Part shown: piece after piece, positions 1 through 10,537 of the stretch
Position numbering within the stretch: the stretch's first letter is position 1
Layout: every line of letters starts with the position of its first letter
Origin: Alphaproteobacteria bacterium
GTDB lineage: Bacteria > Pseudomonadota > Alphaproteobacteria > UBA6615
Length of the DNA: 64,000 bases
Assembly (NCBI GenBank): GCA_021774575.1
Contig: JAJFIX010000031.1
Location: 28,264-92,263 of the forward strand
Reading direction: 5' to 3'
Translations under genes and position numbers: made by a program
Notes under the pieces: generated by a model
Databases searched by the model: none
Told to the model about the DNA's origin: nothing
The model's input: the letters and a program-made list of their open reading frames with translations, nothing else

Positions 1-307
1 ATTAACGGGGGACGCTGTCGGCGGCAAATTGATGGCGAATGCAACGGTTGAACTGCAGTTTCCGAATTTTTTGCCTGAATCCTTGGGGATCAGTACTGCC
101 GTGTTCTCCGATGTAGGCCTCCTGACGGGTACGGATCAATCGATACCGAGCCTAAGGGACACCGGCCACCTTAGGGCCTCGGTCGGTTTGGGCGTTTCAT
201 GGCAGTCACCACTCGGACCGTTCCGTGTTGACTTTGCAACACCGCTTGCCGAAGAGACATTTGACGTTACTGAAGGTTTCCGGATAAGTGTCGGAACTTC
301 ATTTTAG
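1..307 (+). CDS. bamA: Outer membrane protein assembly factor BamA, C-terminal fragment; the gene starts upstream of the window
   Basis: The C-terminal beta-barrel-like sequence ends in a terminal aromatic residue (…RISVGTSF). It lies directly upstream of the skp-lpxD-fabZ-lpxA cluster, as in many Proteobacteria. Confidence 0.75.
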   Translation, partial: LTGDAVGGKLMANATVELQFPNFLPESLGISTAVFSDVGLLTGTDQSIPSLRDTGHLRASVGLGVSWQSPLGPFRVDFATPLAEETFDVTEGFRISVGTSF

Positions 308-321
308 GAGGGGGATTTTCT

Positions 322-921
322 ATGTTGGTTAAATTGGCCCGGGGTACGGCGAGGGTGTTTTCGATCGCCGCCTTGGCGGCCCTATTGGCCGTCACTATTA
401 CCGTGGGTGAAGCAACAGCTCAATATTCCGGGGGCATCGGCATTGTCGATATGGAACGGGTATTGAACCAGTCAAAGGCGATGTTGTCGGCCCGCTCGCA
501 GCTTGATGAAATTTCATCAAATTACCAGGAAGAAATTTCCGGGGAAGAGGAATCTCTGCGAGCGCGTGATGCCGAGCTGCAGCAAGAGCGAGAGATTCTC
601 GCGCCCGATGCCTGGAATGAAAAAGCTGTTATATTACAACGGGATATTGAGAGTTTAGATCAAAAGATCTTAGCTGTCAGACGAGCCCTTGATGGGTTGT
701 TCGAAGATTCGGTCACCCGGATTCAAGAACTGTTAATTGAGGAGATCGGAATTCTCGCTAATGAACGCGGAATTACCCTTGTGTTGCCCCTAAATTCGAT
801 ATTGTTCGCGACGGAATATTTTGATGTGACCGCAGATGCTCTTGCGCGGCTTGATACCCGGGTGCCCGGCATTGAGTTGGAGCTGACAGAAGATCAGTTA
901 AGTGGCACGGATACCCCGTAA
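322..921 (+). CDS. OmpH/Skp-family periplasmic chaperone
   Basis: 199 aa with a signal peptide and a coiled-coil-rich sequence. It sits between bamA and lpxD. Confidence 0.75.
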   Translation: MLVKLARGTARVFSIAALAALLAVTITVGEATAQYSGGIGIVDMERVLNQSKAMLSARSQLDEISSNYQEEISGEEESLRARDAELQQEREILAPDAWNEKAVILQRDIESLDQKILAVRRALDGLFEDSVTRIQELLIEEIGILANERGITLVLPLNSILFATEYFDVTADALARLDTRVPGIELELTEDQLSGTDTP

Positions 922-974
922 TAAGTCGAAATTGTGCGTTGATTTTTCCTGTTTAGCCGGTTTTTGGGGGGCAA

Positions 975-2015
975 ATGGCAGATAAACGCTTTTTTCGTAA
1001 TAGGGGCCCTTACAAGCTCGCAGAAATAGCACGTATGGGCCAAGCCAAAATTTATGGCGACGCAGATCCAAATTCGCTGCATACCGACATCGGCCCGATT
1101 GGCGAAGCGGGCCGAGACCATGTAAGTTTTTTGGATAATAAGCGCTATATTGCTGCTTTTGCCGAGAGTAATGCCGGTGCGGTTGTCGTCGCGCCGCAAT
1201 ACATCGACAAAGCGCCGGCCGGCATGGCCCTTCTTGTTTCGGACAAACCCTATCGTTCATTTGCCTTGATTGCGCATGCCTTTTACGAAGAGATAGGTGC
1301 GGCGCCCAAGGTAGATGCGTCGGCGATTATCGATCCAGGTGCAATAATTGGTGATGGCTGCAAGATCGACGCCTATGTGGTCATCGGACCGGGGGTAAAA
1401 ATTGGTAATAACGTGCATCTAGGCGCCCATACAGTTGTCGGGCGGGGTGTTACGGTTGGTGATGAATGTCGTGTCGGTGCTCATGTGACATTGGAATTTT
1501 GCGATATTGGGCCTAGAACGCAACTTCACCCGGGGGTCCGTATTGGCCAGCGCGGGTTCGGCTTTGACATGGATGCCCAGGGGTTTATTGACGTTCCCCA
1601 GTTGGGGCAGGTGATCGTCGGTGCCGACGTTGAAATCGGCGCAAACACCACGGTTGACCGGGGCGCCGGGCCCGATACTATTATTGGCGACGGATGCAAA
1701 ATCGATAACCTTGTTCAAGTTGCTCATAATGTTGTATTGGGCAAACGATGCGTGCTCGTTGCACAATCGGGTATTGCTGGCAGTTCTAGGCTGCAGGACA
1801 ACGTAGTGATCGCGGCGCAGGTTGGTGTTTCCGGGCACCTTGTGCTTGGTGAAAGGGCACATATTGGTGCCCAGGCGGGTGTGATGCGGGATGTGCCGGC
1901 AGGGGCCAAATTGGTTGGCAGCCCGGCTATTCCAATACGGGAATTTTTTCGGATGGTGAGTGAGACGCAAAAACTGGGGCGAGGCAGAAAGAAAGTGACA
2001 GGCAGTGACTGTTGA
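975..2015 (+). CDS. lpxD: UDP-3-O-acylglucosamine N-acyltransferase
   Basis: 346 aa with left-handed beta-helix hexapeptide repeats ([17 protein letters not shown], etc.). Position in the lpx cluster supports the call. Confidence 0.9.
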   Translation: MADKRFFRNRGPYKLAEIARMGQAKIYGDADPNSLHTDIGPIGEAGRDHVSFLDNKRYIAAFAESNAGAVVVAPQYIDKAPAGMALLVSDKPYRSFALIAHAFYEEIGAAPKVDASAIIDPGAIIGDGCKIDAYVVIGPGVKIGNNVHLGAHTVVGRGVTVGDECRVGAHVTLEFCDIGPRTQLHPGVRIGQRGFGFDMDAQGFIDVPQLGQVIVGADVEIGANTTVDRGAGPDTIIGDGCKIDNLVQVAHNVVLGKRCVLVAQSGIAGSSRLQDNVVIAAQVGVSGHLVLGERAHIGAQAGVMRDVPAGAKLVGSPAIPIREFFRMVSETQKLGRGRKKVTGSDC

Positions 2016-2028
2016 GGGGCATAGTGAA

Positions 2029-2532
2029 ATGTCGGCAAAACTAGGCACCGAAGGTGCTGTGACGGCTAGTGATCCGACTGAACAGCCAGAATTGATTTCG
2101 GCAGATATTTTGCGGATCATGGAATTGATACCGCACAGATATCCCTTTTTGCTGATCGACAAAGTGCTCGATATCAAGCGAGGAATATCGGCGGTTGGTG
2201 TGAAGAATGTCAGTATTAATGAGCAGTTTTTCCAAGGCCATTTTCCCACCTTGCCGGTCATGCCCGGTGTGCTGATAATTGAGGCGATGGCTCAAACGGC
2301 CGCAGTCTTGGTCGTCACGTCGATGGGCGAGGCGGCCGAGGGCAAACTCGTCTTTTTTATGAGTATCGATAAGGCAAGATTTCGGAAACCAGTGGTACCC
2401 GGCGATGTCCTGCATTTGGAATGTCGTGTTATTCAAAACCGGGGCAATGTCTGGAAATTTGACGGGCGGGCCACAGTGAATGGCCGGTTACATGCTGAGG
2501 CAGTGTTTGCCGCGATGATTATGGATAAATAA
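2029..2532 (+). CDS. fabZ: 3-hydroxyacyl-ACP dehydratase
   Basis: Hotdog-fold sequence (…[23 protein letters not shown]…). An internal ATG at 2029 was chosen because the ORF's first codon (GTG 2005) overlaps lpxD. Confidence 0.9.
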   Translation: MSAKLGTEGAVTASDPTEQPELISADILRIMELIPHRYPFLLIDKVLDIKRGISAVGVKNVSINEQFFQGHFPTLPVMPGVLIIEAMAQTAAVLVVTSMGEAAEGKLVFFMSIDKARFRKPVVPGDVLHLECRVIQNRGNVWKFDGRATVNGRLHAEAVFAAMIMDK

Positions 2533-3329
2533 TGGCGGATATACATTCGACCGCCGTCATCGACGAGACGGTCATACTTGGCGCTGACATTGAGGTCGGT
2601 CCCTATAGCGTAATTACCGGAAAAGTAGAAATTGGTGCCGGTACAAAAATACACTCTCACGTGGTCATTGGCGGACACACCCAAATCGGTCCAGGGTGCG
2701 AAATATTCCCTTTCGCCTCAATCGGCTTAATTCCGCAGGATTTAAAGTTCGGCGGAGAAACGTCGCGGCTGGTCATTGGCGCACGCAATCGTATTCGCGA
2801 ACATGTGACGATGAACCCTGGGACGCAAGGCGGCGGCCTGCTAACCCGGGTTGGCGATGATTGTTTGTTCATGATTGGGGCCCATGTTGCCCATGACTGT
2901 CAGGTTGGAAACCACGTCATACTGGCCAATAACGCGACCCTCGCCGGTCATGTTGAGGTCGGAGATCATGCGATTATCGGCGGATTGTCGGCGATCCATC
3001 AATTCGTCAAAATCGGCGCTCATGCGATGGTTGGCGGCATGTCGGGGGTCGAGCATAATGTTATTCCGTTCGGGTCGGCAATGGGCGAACGAGCCCGGCT
3101 GAACGGCCTGAACATAATCGGCATGAAGCGGCGGAAATTATCGCGAGACGAAATTCATGCGGTTCGAGATGCCTATCAGCATCTTTTTTCTGATTCGGGT
3201 GTAATGTCGGAGCGTATTTTATCTGTGACCGAGAATTACGCGGCGGTTGAACCGGTCATGTCGATCATCGATTTTATCAATGAAGAGTCCTCACGTGCGG
3301 TATTGCAGCCGAAAAATGGTGACGGCTAA
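2532..3329 (+). CDS. lpxA: Acyl-ACP--UDP-N-acetylglucosamine O-acyltransferase
   Basis: 265 aa of hexapeptide-repeat protein directly after fabZ. Confidence 0.9.
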   Translation: MADIHSTAVIDETVILGADIEVGPYSVITGKVEIGAGTKIHSHVVIGGHTQIGPGCEIFPFASIGLIPQDLKFGGETSRLVIGARNRIREHVTMNPGTQGGGLLTRVGDDCLFMIGAHVAHDCQVGNHVILANNATLAGHVEVGDHAIIGGLSAIHQFVKIGAHAMVGGMSGVEHNVIPFGSAMGERARLNGLNIIGMKRRKLSRDEIHAVRDAYQHLFSDSGVMSERILSVTENYAAVEPVMSIIDFINEESSRAVLQPKNGDG

Positions 3330-3376
3330 ACCAGATGGCGTGACGGCCATCGCGGATCGATTGGATCACAGGCAAA

Positions 3377-4216
3377 ATGGGGACCAAACTCGGTGCCAAA
3401 CTCGGAATTGTGGCGGGTGGGGGTGATCTGCCGCTGAAAATCGCTGAGGCCTGTCGGGCGACCGGGCGACCGTTTTACGTTCTTGGGCTCGAAGGGCAAG
3501 CCCCGGCCGGACAATTCGACGGATTGCCCCATGGGTGGATACGGTTGGGCGCTGTGGGCGAGGGGGTTTCAATCCTGCGCCGCGAGTTGGTCTCTGAACT
3601 TGTTTTCGCCGGTGCTGTTTTGCGTCCGTCCTTGAAGGAATTGCGTCCTGACGCATTTGCCACCCGTGTCTTGGCAAAAAGCGTGTTGCGGCGGGGCGAC
3701 GACGGCTTACTGCGGGCTCTGATGGACATGTTGGAACGTGAATTGGGAGCAACTTTCGTTGCTCCTGAGGCGTTGCTTGGAGACTTGGTCGCCCGGCAGG
3801 GAATATACGGGCAACACCAGCCCGATGAAGATGCCTGGGCAGATATCGAGCATGGCGCCCATGTCGCGCGAACACTAGGTGCCCTCGATATCGGGCAGTC
3901 GGTTGTCGTGCAAGGCGGGTTGGTGCTGGGACTTGAAGCCGTCGAGGGAACCGACGCACTTTTGGCACGATGCATTGACCTGGCAAAGGAGGGGGATGGC
4001 GGGGTTCTGGTTAAACTCGCCAAGCCGCAGCAAGACCGTCGCGCCGACTTGCCGACCGTCGGCTTGCAAACCATCGACGGTGCGATTTCTGCAGGTTTGC
4101 GGGGGATTGCCGTTGAAGTAGGGGGCGCGTTAATTCTCGATGAAGACGCAATGGTGGAACGGGCCGACGCGCAGGGAATTTTTTTCGTTGGATTGGGACC
4201 GGGCGGCACAAGGTGA
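3377..4216 (+). CDS. lpxI: UDP-2,3-diacylglucosamine hydrolase, LpxI (DUF1009) family
   Basis: 279 aa beginning …IVAGGGDLPLKIAEAC…. It lies between lpxA and lpxB, as in alphaproteobacteria that use LpxI in place of LpxH. Confidence 0.8.
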   Translation: MGTKLGAKLGIVAGGGDLPLKIAEACRATGRPFYVLGLEGQAPAGQFDGLPHGWIRLGAVGEGVSILRRELVSELVFAGAVLRPSLKELRPDAFATRVLAKSVLRRGDDGLLRALMDMLERELGATFVAPEALLGDLVARQGIYGQHQPDEDAWADIEHGAHVARTLGALDIGQSVVVQGGLVLGLEAVEGTDALLARCIDLAKEGDGGVLVKLAKPQQDRRADLPTVGLQTIDGAISAGLRGIAVEVGGALILDEDAMVERADAQGIFFVGLGPGGTR

Positions 4217-5418
4217 CCGACCAGGAGCAAGATCAGCATTTTTTTCTGATTGCCGGAGAGCCGTCGGGCGATGCCCTCGGTGCGGCGCTCATGGCCGGTT
4301 TAAAGTCCAATGCAGAACGGGCGGGCCAAAGGTTGAAATTCAGTGGTGTCGGCGGCCCGATGATGGCCAAAGAGGGCTTGGTTAGTCTCTTTGATTATAA
4401 CGAACTCGCAATCATGGGACTGGTTGAAGTCTTGCCGCGGATCGCTGCTGTTCGTCGGCGCATGCTTGAAACCGTCGTGGCGATCGAAGCGGACCCGCCG
4501 ATCGCGCTCATTACCATCGATGCCCCGGGTTTTACGGTTGGCGTGGTCAAACGGCTGAAGTCGCGTGAATTTGCTCGCATTCACTATGTCGCCCCGACAG
4601 TTTGGGCTTGGCGACCCCGCCGTGTGCATAAATTTCGCCGGCATTTCGATCATTTGATGACGTTGCTGCCTTTTGAACCGCCATATTTCGAGGCTGTCGG
4701 TCTATCGTGCGGTTTTGTCGGCCATCCGGTGTTGCAAAGCGGGGCCGACAAGGGCGATGGTGCAGGTTTTCGCCAACGTCATAAAATATTACCCAAAACA
4801 CCCCTTATCTGTGTCTTGCCGGGCAGCCGAAATGGAGAAGTCCGGCGTATGCTTGAGCCTTTTGGCGAAGCCCTTGCGATACTGGCGGTGGACCGGCCTG
4901 ATATGCGTGCTGTCATTCCTGCAATGCCTGCCGTCGAAGAGTTTATTCGAACGACGACTGCCGATTGGGCGGTACCGGTGGAAATAGTATCGGCGCTTGA
5001 TGAGCGTTTGGATGCGATGGCGGCTTCAAATGTTGCCTTGGCCGCGTCGGGAACAGTTTCTCTGGAACTGGCGATGGCCCGAATTGCCCCGGTCATTTCC
5101 TATCGTATGGCGCCGATTACCGTCTGGCTGCTCAGGCGTATGGTAAAGGTAAAATACGCAAATTTGATCAATATCATCCTTGATACCGAAGCGGTTCCCG
5201 AATTGATTCAGGAAAAATCCACGCCAGAGAATTTGGCCGCCGAACTCGCCGCTATTTTGAGCGACAGCGTGCGCCGGCACCAAATTATCACGGCCCAAGA
5301 TACCGCGATAAAGGCTCTGTCACCACCGGCCGTTAACGGTACGCAACGGCCGGGGGACTGTGCTGCGCAGGCTGTTGGCAATATCGTCGACGCCTGGAAG
5401 CCGACGGACCGACCCTAG
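4213..5418 (+). CDS. lpxB: Lipid-A-disaccharide synthase
   Basis: 401 aa with the motif …FFLIAGEPSGDALGAAL… and a glycosyltransferase fold. Its start overlaps the lpxI stop by 4 nt. Confidence 0.9.
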   Translation: MTDQEQDQHFFLIAGEPSGDALGAALMAGLKSNAERAGQRLKFSGVGGPMMAKEGLVSLFDYNELAIMGLVEVLPRIAAVRRRMLETVVAIEADPPIALITIDAPGFTVGVVKRLKSREFARIHYVAPTVWAWRPRRVHKFRRHFDHLMTLLPFEPPYFEAVGLSCGFVGHPVLQSGADKGDGAGFRQRHKILPKTPLICVLPGSRNGEVRRMLEPFGEALAILAVDRPDMRAVIPAMPAVEEFIRTTTADWAVPVEIVSALDERLDAMAASNVALAASGTVSLELAMARIAPVISYRMAPITVWLLRRMVKVKYANLINIILDTEAVPELIQEKSTPENLAAELAAILSDSVRRHQIITAQDTAIKALSPPAVNGTQRPGDCAAQAVGNIVDAWKPTDRP

Positions 5419-5420
5419 GG

Positions 5421-6737
5421 CTAGAGCCGGTCCTTTAAGGTGATAAAGTTACGCTCGGCTTCGCCGGTGAAAATTTGGCGTGGCCGGCCGATCCGTTGGC
5501 TGGGATCCTCAATCATTTCTTTCCATTGGGCTACCCAGCCAACCGTGCGAGCGAGGGCGAACAGCACCGTAAACATGCTTGTCGGAAAACCGATGGCACT
5601 CAAAATGATGCCCGAGTAAAAATCAACGTTGGGAAAGAGCTTGCGCTCGACGAAATACTCGTCTTCCAGGGCAATTCGCTCCAATTCCATAGCGAGTTCA
5701 AGCAAGGGGTCATCAATTCCCAATTCTTCAAGAACCTCATGGGTCGATTGCCGCAATACAGCAGCGCGCGGATCGTAGTTTTTATAGACTCTGTGGCCAA
5801 AACCCATCAGGCGGAAGGGGTCGTCTTTGTTTTTGGCCTTTTCTAGATACTCGGGAATTCTCTCCTTCGACCCAATTTCATTGAGCATATTCAAGACCGC
5901 CTCATTGGCGCCGCCATGAGCTGGCCCCCAAAGTGACGATATACCGGCCGCAATACAGGCAAAGGGATTGGCACCCGACGATCCAGCGAGACGCACTGTC
6001 GATGTTGATGCGTTTTGTTCGTGATCGGCATGCAGGATGAAGATGCGATCCATCGCCTTGGCGACCGAAGGGCGCACTATATATTCTTCAGTCGGGACGG
6101 CGAAGGTCATGTGAAGGAAGTTTTCGGCGTAAGAGAGATCGTTTCGCGGGTAGGTAAACGGTTGGCCGACCGAAAATTTATAAGCCATGGCGGCTATCGT
6201 CGGCATCTTGGCGATCATGCGATGAGCCGAAATCATTCGATGGGTCGGGTCATCAATGTCGATACTGTCATGATAAAAGGCTGACATAGCACCGACCACG
6301 CCAACCATGATGGCCATCGGATGGGCATCCCGGCGAAATCCCCGATAGAGATAAAGCAGTTGCTCGTGGACCATGGTGTGGCGAAGAATTGTAGCCTCGA
6401 ATTCTTGCTTGCGATCCGCATTGGGTAGGTCGCCATAAAGCAGCAAGTGGCAAACTTCCAAATAATCGCTGTTTTCCGCCAGCTCTTCGATCGAGTAGCC
6501 ACGGTGTCGTAGAATACCGACATCGCCGTCGATATAGGTGATTTCGGATTCGCAACTTGCCGTCGAGGTAAAGCCGGGGTCATAGGTAAACATGCCCGTT
6601 TCCGCATAAAGCTTGCGGACATCGATGGCACGGGGGCCGAGAGTGCCACCCAGGACTGGCAAGTCGAATGTTTTGCCTGTGGAATTATCGGTAACGGTGA
6701 CGGTTGCATCCGTCGTTTTTGCGGCCTTAACGTTCAT
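5421..6737 (-). CDS. gltA: Citrate synthase
   Basis: 438 aa containing the citrate-synthase signature [14 protein letters not shown]. Confidence 0.95.
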   Translation of the reverse strand: MNVKAAKTTDATVTVTDNSTGKTFDLPVLGGTLGPRAIDVRKLYAETGMFTYDPGFTSTASCESEITYIDGDVGILRHRGYSIEELAENSDYLEVCHLLLYGDLPNADRKQEFEATILRHTMVHEQLLYLYRGFRRDAHPMAIMVGVVGAMSAFYHDSIDIDDPTHRMISAHRMIAKMPTIAAMAYKFSVGQPFTYPRNDLSYAENFLHMTFAVPTEEYIVRPSVAKAMDRIFILHADHEQNASTSTVRLAGSSGANPFACIAAGISSLWGPAHGGANEAVLNMLNEIGSKERIPEYLEKAKNKDDPFRLMGFGHRVYKNYDPRAAVLRQSTHEVLEELGIDDPLLELAMELERIALEDEYFVERKLFPNVDFYSGIILSAIGFPTSMFTVLFALARTVGWVAQWKEMIEDPSQRIGRPRQIFTGEAERNFITLKDRL

Positions 6738-6790
6738 TAAATCCCTGCCTTATAGCTTCGGTTAACCCAAATTTTGACGGCAACTGGATT

Positions 6791-8194
6791 CTAGCCAGCC
6801 GCAGCCGCGCGGATGCGCGCAATTACTTCATCTTTGCCGAGGATCGCCATGACCTCGAATATGCCCGGCGACGCTGTCGATCCGGTTAGTGCGGCCCGCA
6901 ACGGCTGGGCAATTTTGCCCAGCTTTAAATCTGCAGCCTCACAAAAAGCCCGTATTTTTGCTTCAATTCCGGATAAGTCCCATGGTTCAACCTCCGAGAA
7001 CTCATCCGCCAGACTGCTCAATCTAGAAATTGCGTCTGAATTCAACAGGTTCTTCGCTTTTTCTGACATGACGCCTGGAGGGCCGGGACAATATATCATT
7101 GATGCGTCGGTAAGTTCTACTAGGCTGTGCGCTCTTTCTTTGAGACTGCCCAGGCCAAGGCGAATTCGCGCGATCATTTGCGGCTCGGGAGCGACCTCGG
7201 TGCTGGCTGTCATGAACTCGGTCAGCGCGGTCAGCAATGGTTCGTCATCCATTTGGCTGAGGTAGTGGCTGTTAAGACTGTCGAGTTTGGCAAAGTCAAA
7301 ACGGGCCGCACTTTTGTTAACTTGCGCGAGGTCAAACCAGGCGACCGCCTGCTCGGTCGAAATGATTTCATCGTCGCCGTGGGACCAGCCGAGCCGCAGG
7401 AGATAATTGCTGATTGCCGCCGGCAGATATCCCATTTCGCGATAAGCCTCGACCCCAAGCGCTCCGTGACGTTTTGAGAGTTTGGCGCCGTCGGGACCGT
7501 GAATGAGCGGAATATGGGCAAATTCCGGCACCTCCCAATCGCAGGCGGCAAACAGATGATGCTGGCGAAAAGCATTGTTGAGATGGTCATCGCCCCGGAT
7601 AATTCGGGTCACACCCATCTCATGATCATCGACAACCACGGCAAGCATATAAGTTGGCATCCCGTCGGCCCGTAAAAGGATGAAATCGTCTAATTGCTGG
7701 TTGGGAACGGTCACCTCGCCTTGCACCAGATCGGCGATTGTTGTGCTGCCCTGCCGGGGCATCTTTATTCGGATAGTTGGGGAGATCCCATCGGGGGCGT
7801 CCGCCGGGTCGCGATCGCGCCAGCGTCCATCATAAAGCGTCGGACGGCCCGCAGCGCGGGCCTCTTCACGCATTTTAGTAAGTTCTTCGGGAGTACAATA
7901 GCATCGATATGCATGACCAGCTGCCAGCAACTCGTTGGCCACCTCCGCGTGACGGGCCCGGTTTGCCGACTGATAAATTTCATCGCCGTCCCAATCGAGG
8001 CCCAACCATCGTAATCCATCGATGATTTTCTCAATTGCGTCGGGAGTTGAGCGTTTGGTGTCTGTATCTTCGATGCGCAAAAGAAACTTGCCACCGGCGT
8101 GGCGTGCGGCCAGCCAATTAAAGAGGGCGGTTCGTGCGCCTCCAATATGGAGCAATCCGGTTGGTGATGGAGCAAACCTGGTAACGAGGGTCAT
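6791..8194 (-). CDS. gltX: Glutamyl-tRNA synthetase
   Basis: Carries the HIGH motif (PSPTGLLHIGGARTALFNWL) and a KMSKR-like motif (KLSKRHG). The start is set at the internal ATG at 8194 (MTLVTRFAPSPTG). Confidence 0.9.
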   Translation of the reverse strand: MTLVTRFAPSPTGLLHIGGARTALFNWLAARHAGGKFLLRIEDTDTKRSTPDAIEKIIDGLRWLGLDWDGDEIYQSANRARHAEVANELLAAGHAYRCYCTPEELTKMREEARAAGRPTLYDGRWRDRDPADAPDGISPTIRIKMPRQGSTTIADLVQGEVTVPNQQLDDFILLRADGMPTYMLAVVVDDHEMGVTRIIRGDDHLNNAFRQHHLFAACDWEVPEFAHIPLIHGPDGAKLSKRHGALGVEAYREMGYLPAAISNYLLRLGWSHGDDEIISTEQAVAWFDLAQVNKSAARFDFAKLDSLNSHYLSQMDDEPLLTALTEFMTASTEVAPEPQMIARIRLGLGSLKERAHSLVELTDASMIYCPGPPGVMSEKAKNLLNSDAISRLSSLADEFSEVEPWDLSGIEAKIRAFCEAADLKLGKIAQPLRAALTGSTASPGIFEVMAILGKDEVIARIRAAAAG

Positions 8195-8262
8195 GGTGGA
8201 GGCCTTGCAAGAGGTGACAGAGCGCGGCGCACCCCATACCATATGACTCGAAAAGGAACAAA

Positions 8263-8326
8263 CCCGGAGCCGCTACGCGGCTGCATAGTCCATTCCCGGA
8301 GCCGCTATGCGGCTGCATAGTCCATA
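8263..8326. repeat. Two tandem copies of a 32-bp unit, each containing a short hairpin (AGCCGC-TAC/TAT-GCGGCT)
   Basis: Seen directly: cccggagccgctacgcggctgcatagtccatt and cccggagccgctatgcggctgcatagtccata. They sit in the divergent gltX/comEC intergenic region. Confidence 0.85.
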
Positions 8327-8329
8327 ATT

Positions 8330-10537
8330 GTGTTCGTATCAGAGTTTTTGATGACTTCGAGCCAGCCAGAGCCCTTAGACGCCCAACCGAAACAATTGGG
8401 CGATACCGCCTTATCGCAAGAGCCGGCTAATTTTTTCGTCGTTACTCTGGTGGCCGAGAGAGATCAATTACCCCAATGGCTGGCGGTTGCATTTGGTGGC
8501 GGCGCGCTGCTCTATTTTTCACTGCACGTAGAACCGCCCTGGTGGCTGACATGCGCCAATATCGCGGTGGCCACCTTGCTTGCCTGGGGAATGCGGCGTT
8601 GGGTTGCTTGGTCTTTTGTCGCCTATGTATTGCTGTCGGTGGCATTGGGGGTTGGGATGGCTCAATGGCGGGTAAACCGAGTTGCTGCGCCGGTGCTCTC
8701 GTCAGAAATTGATTTCACCAATATTACCGGGCGCGTCGTCACCTTTGAGCCACAGCAGAGCGGTTACAGGCTGGTTCTAGATAATGTGACCATTGATGAT
8801 GTCTCCGGCGACCAAGTGCCGTTACGCGTTCGGGTGACGGCGCGAGGTGCGCAGGAAAATTGGATTGATATTCGGCCCGGCGATTGGATCAGCGGTCGCG
8901 CTGGATTATCGCCGCCGTCTGGCCCTGCCTATCCCGGTGGATTTGATTTCCAACGAAATGCCTGGTTCCAAAGGTTGGGGGCAGTGGGGTTTACTTTCGG
9001 TCAGCCTGAAATTATTCCGCCGCCCCCTGGGCCAGGCACGGGCGGCGCTGAGCGGTTTCAACCTTTCAGGATTTTTTCGACCGGGGTCGAAGGTTTGCGC
9101 CAAAAAATATTTCTTCGCATAAGCCAAGCTTTGCCGGGTCAGACAGGGGCGGTTGCGGCGGCCCTAATGGTCGGCAAGCGTGGCGCCATACCCGAGGAGG
9201 TCCAGGTGGCGATGCGCCAAGCCGGATTGGCGCATTTGCTGGCAATATCGGGTTTGCATCTCGGCCTATTGGCGGGGCTGATATTTTTCATTGTGCGCGG
9301 TGGGCTGGCGCTTTTTCCGCGATTGGCTTTGCGGTATCCGATAAAGAAATGGGCCGCCTTCATTGCTCTTGGGGCTAGCCTTTTTTACCTCTTCATTGCC
9401 GGGGCGACGGTGCCGACCCAGCGCTCTTTTGCCATGCTGGCGCTGGTTCTAGGAGCGGTCATGATTGATCGGTCGGCAATATCCATGCGCCTTGTCGGAT
9501 GGGCGGCGGTGGTCATATTGGCATTTCGCCCGGAAAGCCTCGTCGGAGCGAGCTTTCAGCTATCATTTTCTGCCGTGATAGCTCTCGTCGCAGCCTATGA
9601 GGCGATGGGGGATCGATGGCGCTTCAGCTATGGTCGCGGCCGATTTTTGCGACGGGCGCTCATCTACCTGGCCGGAGTGAGCATGACAACGGTCATTGCT
9701 GGCACCGCCACGGCGCCGTTTGCCCTGCAAATTTTTCATCAAGTCGCGGTGTATGGGGTCGCTGGTAATATAGTCGCGGTGCCCATTGTAGCGCTCTGGG
9801 TTATGCCGTTGGCCTTGCTCGCCTTTGTCCTGATGCCGTTCGGTCTCGATTTTATTGCGTTGATCCCGATGGGGTGGGGGATCGATTTGGTCATTTCTGT
9901 CGCAACACATGTCGCCGCATGGCCGGGCTCGACATTTCACGCACCCTCTTTGCCGGGATGGGGATTTGGCTTGGTTGTTTCGGGTGGGCTGTGGCTTGCC
10001 CTTTGGCGGCGACCCTGGCGCCTTTGGGGGGTGGGCGCGATTGCCATTGGTCTCTGGTCGGCGAGTTTCATTAATCCGCCCGATATTCTGGTTGCCGGGG
10101 ATGCGTCGCTCGTTGGGATCCGCGTGACCCCCCCTCAAGGCACAGAAAAATTGCTGGTATCGCAAAGTCGGCGCAATAGATTTACCCGCGGCGTTTGGCT
10201 TGAGGCGCTTGGCCTAGATGAATGGGAGAAATTTCCCGACAGCGAACCCTCGCAAAGTGCGGAATTAATGTGCGACCGGTTGGGCTGCATTTATCGAAAG
10301 TCGGGAACACTGATCGCCGTGCCAACCGATATCCGCGCACTGAACGAAGATTGTGGATCTGCCGATATAATCATTTCGACCGTACCGGTGCCGCGAACCT
10401 GCACCGGACCGCGTCTGGTCATCGATTTTTTCGATTTACGGTATCGCGGCGCACATTCTATTTGGCTAGGCACCGACGATGCGGGGCGTAGCCAGTCGGC
10501 CAATGAACGACGCGGGCGCCGACCATGGGTTCGCTAA
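8330..10537 (+). CDS. comEC: ComEC/Rec2-family DNA internalization channel protein
   Basis: 735 aa multi-pass membrane protein. The competence-domain segment …HLLAISGLHLGLLAGLIFF… is present. The C-terminus has no HxHxDH metallo-beta-lactamase motif. The start codon is uncertain (GTG 8330 or ATG 8351). Confidence 0.8.
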   Translation: MFVSEFLMTSSQPEPLDAQPKQLGDTALSQEPANFFVVTLVAERDQLPQWLAVAFGGGALLYFSLHVEPPWWLTCANIAVATLLAWGMRRWVAWSFVAYVLLSVALGVGMAQWRVNRVAAPVLSSEIDFTNITGRVVTFEPQQSGYRLVLDNVTIDDVSGDQVPLRVRVTARGAQENWIDIRPGDWISGRAGLSPPSGPAYPGGFDFQRNAWFQRLGAVGFTFGQPEIIPPPPGPGTGGAERFQPFRIFSTGVEGLRQKIFLRISQALPGQTGAVAAALMVGKRGAIPEEVQVAMRQAGLAHLLAISGLHLGLLAGLIFFIVRGGLALFPRLALRYPIKKWAAFIALGASLFYLFIAGATVPTQRSFAMLALVLGAVMIDRSAISMRLVGWAAVVILAFRPESLVGASFQLSFSAVIALVAAYEAMGDRWRFSYGRGRFLRRALIYLAGVSMTTVIAGTATAPFALQIFHQVAVYGVAGNIVAVPIVALWVMPLALLAFVLMPFGLDFIALIPMGWGIDLVISVATHVAAWPGSTFHAPSLPGWGFGLVVSGGLWLALWRRPWRLWGVGAIAIGLWSASFINPPDILVAGDASLVGIRVTPPQGTEKLLVSQSRRNRFTRGVWLEALGLDEWEKFPDSEPSQSAELMCDRLGCIYRKSGTLIAVPTDIRALNEDCGSADIIISTVPVPRTCTGPRLVIDFFDLRYRGAHSIWLGTDDAGRSQSANERRGRRPWVR

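Noticed and set aside
3366-4239. Two long minus-strand ORFs (206 and 254 aa) overlapping lpxI
   Set aside because: They are antisense to a well-supported lpxI reading frame. The translations are Pro/Arg/Ala-rich with no family resemblance.
9563-10165. 200-aa minus-strand ORF inside comEC
   Set aside because: It is antisense to the membrane-protein frame of comEC and its translation is Arg/Pro/Gly-rich low-complexity sequence.
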